Assembly (NCBI GenBank): GCA_001600695.1
Contig: BCKQ01000011.1
Location: 1,067-10,324, forward strand
Direction of reading: 5' to 3'
DNA length: 9,258 nt
Source of the DNA: Ascoidea asiatica JCM 7603
Taxonomy: Eukaryota > Fungi > Ascomycota
A program made the position numbers and the translations under genes. A model generated the notes under the pieces. That model did no database searches. It was not told the DNA's origin and was given only the letters and a program-made list of their open reading frames with translations. Shown here one piece after another: positions 1 to 8,180 of the stretch (position 1 is its first letter; each line of letters starts with the position of its first letter).

Positions 1-164
1 GTGGCTAGTCTTATTTCGATAATAAAAAATAAATTGTTTCTTCTCTTGTTGATAAAAGAACAAAAATAAAAGTATTAAGAAACAAGAGGAGATAAATATG
101 TAATAAATAGAGATATAATATATATAATATATATAATATATTGAGTCTATATAATATAGTAAAA

Positions 165-492
165 ATGGTGTCAGCTCCTGAATTAAAGAAAGTAAGTAAG
201 TATATATATGATATATATAAAAGATATTAAATTGCAATGTGATTTGTTTGTTAAGAGAGATTGTGTATTTGATATTAACAAGTAATAGTATATGGATAAG
301 AATATATTAATAAAATTGAATGGTAAAAGACAAATAAATGGTATATTAAGAGGATATGATATTTTTTTAAATTTAACAGTTGAAGAATGTATTGAATATA
401 ATTTAAATAATAATAAAGAAAATTTACAAATTGGTACATGTATAATTCGAGGTAATTCAATAATTTCTATAGAAATTTTAGATAAAATATAA
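165..492 (+). CDS. SMX2: Small nuclear ribonucleoprotein G (SmG), 76 aa, join(165..191,289..492)
   Basis: Exon 1 ATG165 encodes MVSAPELKK; splicing GTAAGT(192)...TAG(288) gives [38 protein letters not shown]...IIRGNSIISIEIL, matching SmG (PELKKYMDK start, Sm1 GILRGYDxFLN, Sm2 IRGNS). The ORF track (292..492) misses exon 1. Confidence 0.95.
192..288 (+). other. Spliceosomal intron, 97 nt, phase 0
   Basis: Donor GTAAGT 192-197, branch-like TATTAAC 273-279, acceptor TAG 286-288; removal restores the conserved ELKK|YMDK. Confidence 0.92.
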
Positions 493-517
493 TATAATAT
501 AAGTTAAGTTAAGTTTA

Positions 518-976
518 TTAAAATCTATATGACATTTCAATACCATCATTTTTAAAACCACATTTTTTATAAAAAGGTTCATTATATAATGAACAATCTA
601 AAATTACTTTATAACAATTTTTTTCATTTGCTAAATTTTTTAAAAAATTTATTAAATAAATACCTAATTTTTTACCTTGTTGATTTTTTAAAATTGAAAT
701 ATCTTCAATATGACCAACATTTGAACAATTATGAATTAATTTTTTTTCAATTATTAACATCCCACAACCTACAATTTTATTTAAATTATTTAAAATTACA
801 TATGAATTATAAGTTTGAAAATTTAAATTCCAAAAATTTATTAAATTTTCAAAATTTTCTTTACTTATATTACCAACAATTGTTAAAGTTGATAAAGTTT
901 CTAAAATACCATTTGAATAATCATTTTTTTCAATTTTTCTAATTGAATAACCTGGTGGTAATTGTAAATCCCTCAT
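518..976 (-). CDS. GNA1: Glucosamine-6-phosphate N-acetyltransferase (GNAT family), 152 aa
   Basis: LPPGYSIRK, ETLSTLTIVG, IIEKKLIH, GHIEDISI, QGKKLG (acetyl-CoA binding), CYKVILDC, FYKKCGF: diagnostic Gna1 motifs at the expected length. Confidence 0.96.
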   Translation of the reverse strand: MRDLQLPPGYSIRKIEKNDYSNGILETLSTLTIVGNISKENFENLINFWNLNFQTYNSYVILNNLNKIVGCGMLIIEKKLIHNCSNVGHIEDISILKNQQGKKLGIYLINFLKNLANEKNCYKVILDCSLYNEPFYKKCGFKNDGIEMSYRF

Positions 977-1020
977 TTTATAAGTTATGTTATTATCAAT
1001 TGATTTATAAAGTTGATTGA

Positions 1021-1060
1021 TATTATATTATATTATATTATATTATATTATATTATATTA
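1021..1060. repeat. (TATTA)8 microsatellite upstream of GNA1
   Basis: Eight perfect pentamer copies. Confidence 0.95.
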
Positions 1061-1169
1061 TAATATAATATATTATATTTGTATTGTATTTGTACTAGAA
1101 TACTGATATTTGGTAAAAATAACTTTAGAAGTAGTTAAAGAAACAGTAGTTAATAGAGTAATCTGTAAT

Positions 1170-1470
1170 CTTCGAGGTTTCCGACAGAGAAGGACCATAC
1201 CCCTGGTCTCAAAGATGCACATGTGTTATCTATAAAGCGTGGCTAGTGATTTTAAAAGTGGCTAAGCCAGCGTGGCATTACTCGTCACATGACTGTTGAC
1301 CTAATCAGGTGACTCTTCCCCGTGACCTGACGTTGTCTTCCGATCAGAGCCTGCGGTGATGCACGTGACCGCGTGACCGCGTGACTCTTCGTAAATAATG
1401 GCGTATTAAAAATGGCTTGCGGGGATCGCCCGCCACGCACAGCGCCGTTTAAAAGTCCCCGGGGTGCACG
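1170..1470. promoter_or_regulatory. GC-rich shared UAS region of divergent GNA1 / PAL1
   Basis: About 57% GC over 1261-1470 (hand count) in AT-rich DNA, between divergent starts. Contains Cbf1-type GTCACATGAC (1284-1293) and CACGTGAC (1362-1369), TGACTC (1310, 1382), TGACGT (1328), CCCCT (1200), GCGGGG (1419) and CCCCGGGG (1457-1464). Confidence 0.75.
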
Positions 1471-1544
1471 AATAATACAATATAATATTATTATAATATA
1501 ATAATATAATAATAATATAATAATAATATAATAATAATAATAAT

Positions 1545-1552
1545 TATATAAA
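1545..1552 (+). promoter_or_regulatory. Candidate TATA box for PAL1
   Basis: TATATAAA fits TATAWAWR, lies downstream of the UAS island at the end of a nearly pure A/T tract (about 1480-1550); weak given base composition. Confidence 0.4.
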
Positions 1553-1578
1553 CAAGCAAATAGACCTTCTTTTTAGAT

Positions 1579-1626
1579 CTTCTTCTTCTTCTTCAGCAAC
1601 AACAACAACAACAACAACAACAACAA
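1579..1626 (+). repeat. Compound microsatellite (CTT)5 CAG (CAA)10
   Basis: Read directly; 16 consecutive CNN triplets. Confidence 0.95.
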
Positions 1627-1678
1627 AAACAACTTTTCATCTTCTTATTTTGAAGTTGAATAATAAAAGCCCATTCGA

Positions 1679-1722
1679 ATACAATACAAATACAATACAA
1701 ATACAATACAAATACAATACAA
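1679..1722 (+). repeat. (ATACAATACAA)4 tandem repeat
   Basis: Four perfect 11-mers. Confidence 0.95.
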
Positions 1723-1794
1723 ATCTCATTCTCAACCCGTTTCATTATCTTTTTATCACATTCTATTATAAAATTATTTCCAACATTCTTTAAT

Positions 1795-1860
1795 ATTCAC
1801 ATTCACATTCACATTCAAATTCAAATTCAAATTCAAATTCAAATTCAAATTCAAATTCAA
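1795..1860 (+). repeat. (ATTCAC)3(ATTCAA)8 hexamer array
   Basis: Read directly. Confidence 0.95.
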
Positions 1861-1917
1861 ATTTCATTCTCACTCTTATTCTCAATTTTAAATTAATTTA
1901 ATTAATGTTACTAAAAA

Positions 1918-2348
1918 ATGTCATCTTCAAATAATCCATTCATTTCAAATTTAGAAAAAACTTTTTCATTTAATTCTTCAAATAATTCAATTAATAATTC
2001 AAATTTAACAGATTTAGATACAATTTCTTCATTTCCTTCAAATTTTAATATCTTTGATAATTATAATTATAATAATAATACAAATAATTCTAATAATATT
2101 AATAGTAATACAAATCCTAATACAAATATTGTTTCAAATAGAAATTTAAATACAATTTCAAATAGAAATAGTAAATCTTTAAGAAATAATTCAATTAATA
2201 TTGACTCAGATAATAAATATAACAATAAGAATAAATATGATAAATTTGATAAATATGATAGAAATTCATTAAATTCTGATAATAATACTTTATCTGATCA
2301 TTCAATTTCCATTAATAATACTAATATCAATAACAAAACTATCAGCGC

Positions 2349-2380
<32 letters not shown>

Positions 2381-3369
2381 TTAATAAAGTTAATTTAAAT
2401 AGATCAAATTCAGAAAATTTAAATTATCAAGCAAGAATTAGAGAATTACATCAAATTCAATTACAATCTCAATTACCTTCTTTAAATAATAATATCAATA
2501 ATAAAGAAATGTATTCTAATCAATTTCAAAGACAAAAACAAAAACATTATGATGATTATCATTATGATAATAGTGATGATGAAAATAATCATCATAATCA
2601 TAAATCTAATCATAATCAAAGATCTAATCACAAATCTAATCAAAGATCTAATCATAGATCTAATCATAGATCTAATAGTACTTCAAAAGTTAAAGATCTT
2701 AATATTTCAAAAGCAAAAATGAAAGGTGTTGATACTATTGATACTTTAGATGTTTCTGGAATATTTGGTGCTTCTTTTCATCATGATGGTCCTTTTGATG
2801 CTTGTACTCCTCATAGAAATAAATCTTTAAAATTTATTAATTCAAATAATCAATCAAAAAATTTAAAAAATTTAAAAAATTTATCTCCAGCTCCAATGGC
2901 TGCTTTTCCAATTAATAGTTCAAATACAAATATTATTAAAAAAAATGGTGATTTTATTAATAAACATAATTATTCAATTAAAAATAGTCCAATTGATAAT
3001 GATAATGATGAATCTTATGGTTTAGGTTCTTCAACTTTCTTAGATGGTGCTCTTGCTTCAAAAAAAGCAACTCAAGAAAATAAATCTTTAACTGAATCTT
3101 TACAAAGAAAAAAATCTTTAGGTAGATCTTTTTCTTTAAAAAAATCAAAATCAATTAATTATAATAATAATAATAGTGGTAGTGATAATAAAAATTTATC
3201 AAGAAGTAAAACAATTAATTATAATTATAATAATAATAATGTTAATGCTTTACCTAAAAATATTAATATTAATAATTATAAAAGAAATGAAGAACTTTAT
3301 CCAATTATACCTGATGATTTTGATAAACCAATAGAATTTAATAATAATGATTTAAGATCAAGTAGATTC

Positions 3370-3401
<32 letters not shown>

Positions 3402-3636
3402 TAATATTTATAATAATCATAATAATAATAGAAGTTCTCCATTATTAAATAAAAAAAAATCAATTTCAAGAAGATTATTTAATCATAATTCTGATGAAAA
3501 TATTAATCATTTTTCAAAAGATAGTCAGAATTCAACTTCTAATTCTAATTCAAATTCAAATTCAAATAGTTCTCATAAACCTTCTTTTTTAACTAGAATG
3601 ATGACAATTGGTCGTAAGAAACAAATTAAAGTCTAA
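1918..3636 (+). CDS. PAL1: Pal1-family cell morphology / endocytic-site protein, 572 aa, Asn-rich
   Basis: N-terminal NPF (SSNNPF), Pal1 core VDTIDTLDVSGIFGASFHHDGPFDACTPHRNK...APMAAFP, second block ESYGLGSSTFLDGALAS then LQRKKSL; strong AAAAAATG context. Confidence 0.88.
2601..2676 (+). repeat. Coding 12-bp minisatellite, (R/K)SN(H/Q) units in PAL1
   Basis: AGATCTAATCAT-type units encoding KSNHNQRSNHKSNQRSNHRSNHRSN. Confidence 0.85.
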
Positions 3637-4273
3637 TATATAATTAATATTTATTATATATTTAATTAATCTCTTCTTCTCTCTTTAAATTCAATTCTAT
3701 ACTCTTTCATACCCTTTTCTTTTTTTTTTTTTTTACTCTTTATTTCGTTAACTTCTTTTATTGTTTATGTTTCTTTTTATTAATTGACTTTAATGTTGAT
3801 TATTTACCTTCGTTTATTCCAGAGTAATATTACTTCTTTATTTACTTTACTTACTTGTTTATCTATCAATTTTACCTTCTTTTGTTATTTTGTTTTATCT
3901 TCTACTATCTTATTGTTTTTATTTTTATATATTATTAAATAATGAATTTAAATAATGAATTTTAATGAATTTTGTTATAAAATAAAATACTATCAACTAC
4001 AAATCTGTAAAATTCCTCGTTTAAGTCTCTTTGACCGTCAATTAACTACAAAATTCAACTTCGAGTAAATAAAATTTATTTTTTTCAACTTTCCAAGATT
4101 CTTGTTTCGATTCCTCAGAGTCACTTTTCTTCTTTTTCTTTTTTCGCTTTTAATGCCTTTCTTTTTCTCTTTTTCAAATTCCAATTTATTCTTTGATTGT
4201 TCTTTGATTGTTCTTTGAATAATCACCAGGAAATAAATGGCTAAATTCCAATATAATAACTAAAGGGATAAAG

Positions 4274-5566
4274 ATGAAATTAAATATTGCTCAACAATTT
4301 GCAATTTTTACAATTCTTCTATATATTATTGTTCCAATTTATATATTTTTATCATATTTAAATACTTTTAATAATATTATTAGTTTTCCATTCACATTTT
4401 CAAATAGAAATAATAATAATAATAAGAATATTAAAAATATTAAATTAAAAAATTCAAAAAATTCAAAAAATTCAAAAAAAATCAAAACAAATACAAAAAT
4501 TAAAACTACTATAAAACCAACAACTACAAGTAGTTTTTATCCAGAATATAAAATAAAAACAGATAGTAATAAAGATAATAAAAAAGATAATAAAAAAGAT
4601 ATCAAAAAAGATAATAAAAAAGGAAATAAATTAAGTAAAGAAGAACTTGCATTTATTAAAAGATATACACCAAATAAAAAATTTAATATTAAAAAAATGA
4701 GTTTTAAAACAATTAGTTCAAAAAATGCAGCATTATTAGATCAAGAATTAATGTCAAGTAATATTGGATTTTCTTTAGATCAATTAATGGAATTAGCTGG
4801 TTTATCAGTTGCAGAATCTATTTATAAAGCATATCCTGTAAAAAATTTTAAAAAACTTTTAATTTTATCAGGTCCTGGTAATAATGGTGGTGATGGTTTA
4901 GTTGCTGCAAGACATTTAAAATTATTTGGTTATGAACCAATAATTTATTATCCAAAAATTAATAAAAATTTTAATAATTTAGAAACTCAATTAAATAAAT
5001 TTAATATTAAAATAATTTCAAATAATTTTAATAAAATTGATCCAATTCAAAAAAAATTAATTTTTGATGAAGAAATTTTAACAAAATTAATACTTGAATC
5101 TGATGTTTTAATTGATGCATTATTTGGTTTTAGTTTTAAACCACCTTTAAGAGAACCATTTGATAAAATTTTAAAAATTATGAAAGATAAAAGTGAAAAT
5201 TTTACTGAAATTGAATTAATTGATTCAAATTCAAATTTAAATACTAAAAATAAAAAAAAACCAAAATTAATTAAAATTAAACCAAAACCAATAGTTTCAA
5301 TTGATATTCCAAGTGGTTGGGATGTTAATAAAGGTCCATTAAATTATTTAGATGAATATAATATTTTTCCAAGTGTTTTAATTTCTTTAACAGCTCCAAA
5401 ACCAGCTGCAATTGAATTTTTAAAATTTGGTCATAATTCAATTGCTTCAAATGGTAAAGTTAGACATTTCCTTGGTGGAAGATTTATAAGTGAAGAAATT
5501 GCTAAAAAATGGAATTTAGAAATTCCAAAATATATTGGTACTGATCAAATTGTTGAATTAAAATAA
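4274..5566 (+). CDS. NNR1: NAD(P)H-hydrate epimerase (YjeF_N / NAXE); conserved domain starts at Met142 (ATG 4697), preceded by a 141-aa extension
   Basis: MSFKTISSKNAALLDQELM, GFSLDQLMELAGLSVA, GPGNNGGDGLVAARHL, IDALFGFSFKPPLREPF, SIDIPSGWDV, LISLTAPK, HFLGGRF, GTDQIVEL. Identity is secure; which start is used is uncertain. Confidence 0.93.
   Translation: MKLNIAQQFAIFTILLYIIVPIYIFLSYLNTFNNIISFPFTFSNRNNNNNKNIKNIKLKNSKNSKNSKKIKTNTKIKTTIKPTTTSSFYPEYKIKTDSNKDNKKDNKKDIKKDNKKGNKLSKEELAFIKRYTPNKKFNIKKMSFKTISSKNAALLDQELMSSNIGFSLDQLMELAGLSVAESIYKAYPVKNFKKLLILSGPGNNGGDGLVAARHLKLFGYEPIIYYPKINKNFNNLETQLNKFNIKIISNNFNKIDPIQKKLIFDEEILTKLILESDVLIDALFGFSFKPPLREPFDKILKIMKDKSENFTEIELIDSNSNLNTKNKKKPKLIKIKPKPIVSIDIPSGWDVNKGPLNYLDEYNIFPSVLISLTAPKPAAIEFLKFGHNSIASNGKVRHFLGGRFISEEIAKKWNLEIPKYIGTDQIVELK
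4571..4618 (+). repeat. Coding 12-bp repeat x4 (KDNK/KDIK) in the NNR1 extension
   Basis: AAAGATAATAAA x2, AAAGATATCAAA, AAAGATAATAAA; also a 9-bp KNS x3 repeat at 4448-4474. Confidence 0.9.
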
Positions 5567-6017
5567 TTTCAACAATTGTTTTTTTTTTTTCTTCTTATTA
5601 AAATTTAATGTTTATGACCACTAACTAACTTCCCATGATTATTTTTATCTTTAATAAAAATGAAATATCTAAATTAATAATTTTTTTAATATCTTTTTTT
5701 TTTTTATTTATCTTTTTTTTAAATTTAATTTAATAAAAAAATGTTTAATATTAATTAATTGTAAAAGAAATTCAATGAAAATGGATTTGAAACTATAAAT
5801 AAAAAAAAAACATTTTAGATTAAAAATTTAAATATTTTAATTAAATTTTCAAAATATTTTAATAATCTTCCACTATTTTCAAAATGATCAATTTTAAATA
5901 ATTTTATTAATTATTTTACAATTTGAGAAATTGAAAATCGTAAATTATTGATACATGGGTATTATTTTCAATTTAAAAATTCATATTTGATGAATTCAAT
6001 TTAGTTATAATAGATTT

Positions 6018-7076
6018 TTATATATGTTTTGGATTAAAATCTTCACTTTCACTTTCACTTTGATCAATTTGATCAATTTGATCAATTTGATTATTTGTAA
6101 TTTTATTATTAAAATTATCATTTGAATAATATTTATAAGTTACAGTTGGAGTTGATAATAAATCAGTTTCATCATCATCAATATTTGGTATAATTGCAGA
6201 CATTTTTCTTTTTGCTTTAACTTCAATTTCATCATCTTCATTAAAATATAAAGTACCTTTATTTCTTTTTCTTTTAATTGATTCATTTAAAATTTGTTGA
6301 GTTTCATTTTCAATTCTTGGAGTTTCAAAAGTTGAATTTAAATTTGAATTTGAATTTAAATTTAAATTTGAATTTGAATTTGAATTTAAATTTAATGAAT
6401 TTAATGAATTTATTGAAATATTTGTTAAAGTATGAATATTATTTAAATTATTTAAATTTTTTGAAATTGGATTAATTTTTAAATTATTATTTATTGAAGA
6501 TAATCTTGGATTTGATAAATCTGGTGAATCTATTAATAATGGTATTCTAATATTAAGATTATTATTTAATGAATTTATTGAAGTTTTATGTAATTGATTT
6601 TCTTTTCTTGGAGAAAAATATGGTATATTTGAACTTGAAATTGATATAGTAGAAGAAATATCATTAAAATTATTAATATTACCATTATTATCATATTGAT
6701 TATTTTGATTATTTTGATTATTTTGATTATTTTGATTATAATTTGGATATTGATTATTTATTGAAAAATCATTAATATCTTTTGGAGATAAAACTATTTT
6801 AAATGGAGATTTATTACCATTATTTTTATCATTATCTTTATTATTATTATTTTCATTATCGATTTCATTATTTAAATCATTTGATTTTAAATTTAGATTT
6901 AAATTTAATGGAGAAATATTTAAATTTTCAATTTTTTCAATTTTTTTAATTTTTTTTAAATTTAAATTTGAATGTAAATTATTAAATTTATTTAATGAAT
7001 TTTGTTTATGAATTGAATTTAATGGAGTTCTTAATGGAATTAAACTAATTTTTGAACTTTTTATTGGAGTATTTAA

Positions 7077-7124
<48 letters not shown>

Positions 7125-7767
7125 AACAGCTTTCATTTTTTCAATTTTTTTTAAAACATCATTTGAAAAAATACTACTACTATTATTATTAATATTATTA
7201 ATATTATTTATATTATTTATATTATTAATATTTGAAATTTTTGGAGTTAATAAACTTGTTGAAGGTTGATTATTAATTATAGATAAATTAGATAATTTAT
7301 TTGAAGAATTAATAAAATTTAAATTATTTTGTTTTAAATTAGATATTGAATTTGAGATTGAAAATGAATTTAATTGTAAATTTTTGTTTGTATTTTTATT
7401 ATTATTTTTATCATTATTTTTATCATTATTTTTATTAATAGATTGTAATGAATTTGAATTTTTTTTATTAATTAAATTAATATCAGAAGTATAATTTGTA
7501 TGTAAATTAAAATTTATACTATTATCAAATAAATTTTTTAAAATTAATAAATTATTATTAATAATTTTTGAATTTTTTTTATAATTAATTAAAATTGGTA
7601 AAAATTTTTTATTAATAATATTTAAAGAATTATTTAAAGATTTATCAATTATTGTTAAATGTTTATTAATATTTTCATTTAATTTATTTAATTTTATAAC
7701 TTTTGATAAATCTAAATCAGTATTATTAGTATCAGTTATATCAATATCAATATCAATATCAATATTA

Positions 7768-7811
<44 letters not shown>

Positions 7812-8006
7812 TAAACTTTGTCTTTGTTGTTTTTTATATTCACTTTTTGCAACTTGAGCAGCTAAGATTTGATCAGTTGAAGGAAGTTGAGCAAAAATAC
7901 TTTTTCTTTTTGATCTTGATTGTCTTTTACTCTGATTTATATTATTATTATTATTAATATTATTATTATTATTATTATTTTCATATTTATTATTTTCCTG
8001 ATCCAT
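6018..8006 (-). CDS. ASK1: Probable DASH/Dam1 complex subunit Ask1, 662 aa, divergent and Asn-expanded
   Basis: About 7491-7700 encodes KLNKLNENINKHLTIIDKSLNNSLNIINKKFLPILINYKKNSKIINNNLLILKNLFDNSINFNL, fitting the Ask1 pattern LxxLxxxIxxxLxxIDxxLxxxxxxIxxxxxPxLxxY...KxxF. Basic N-terminal RKSI, long S/TP-rich tail and KRKMSAI near the end. Confidence 0.7.
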
Positions 8007-8140
8007 TGAGAATAAAGGAAATAAATAAATTCAAGAAATAAAGGATTAATTAATCAAATGTTATTATAGTTGAATTCATCAAATATTCCAATGAACAATC
8101 TTTATCCAAGCACTGTTTCTATTATCATCAATCTCTAATC

Positions 8141-8180
8141 AAATCAACATTAAATCAACATTAAATCAACATTAAATCAT
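8141..8180. repeat. (AAATCAACATT)3 plus partial copy upstream of ASK1
   Basis: Three perfect 11-mers at 8141-8173 then AAATCAT. Confidence 0.95.

Noticed and set aside
275-460. 61-aa - strand ORF
   Set aside because: Antisense shadow of SMX2 exon 2 with Y/L/F-biased composition and no motif.
589-942. 117-aa + strand ORF
   Set aside because: Antisense to GNA1; low-complexity product of AT-biased codon usage.
1021-1860. Repeat arrays as CRISPR or telomeric repeats
   Set aside because: Eukaryotic context, simple tandem units, no spacers, internal location.
2482-2667. 61-aa - strand Ile/Met-rich ORF
   Set aside because: Reverse reading of PAL1 coding repeats.
4038-4226. 62-aa basic - strand ORF
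   Set aside because: Starts at GTG; its Lys/Arg content simply mirrors the T/C-rich NNR1 promoter tract; no recognisable family.
6278-6475. 65-aa + strand (NL)n ORF
   Set aside because: TTG start, antisense to ASK1 repeats.
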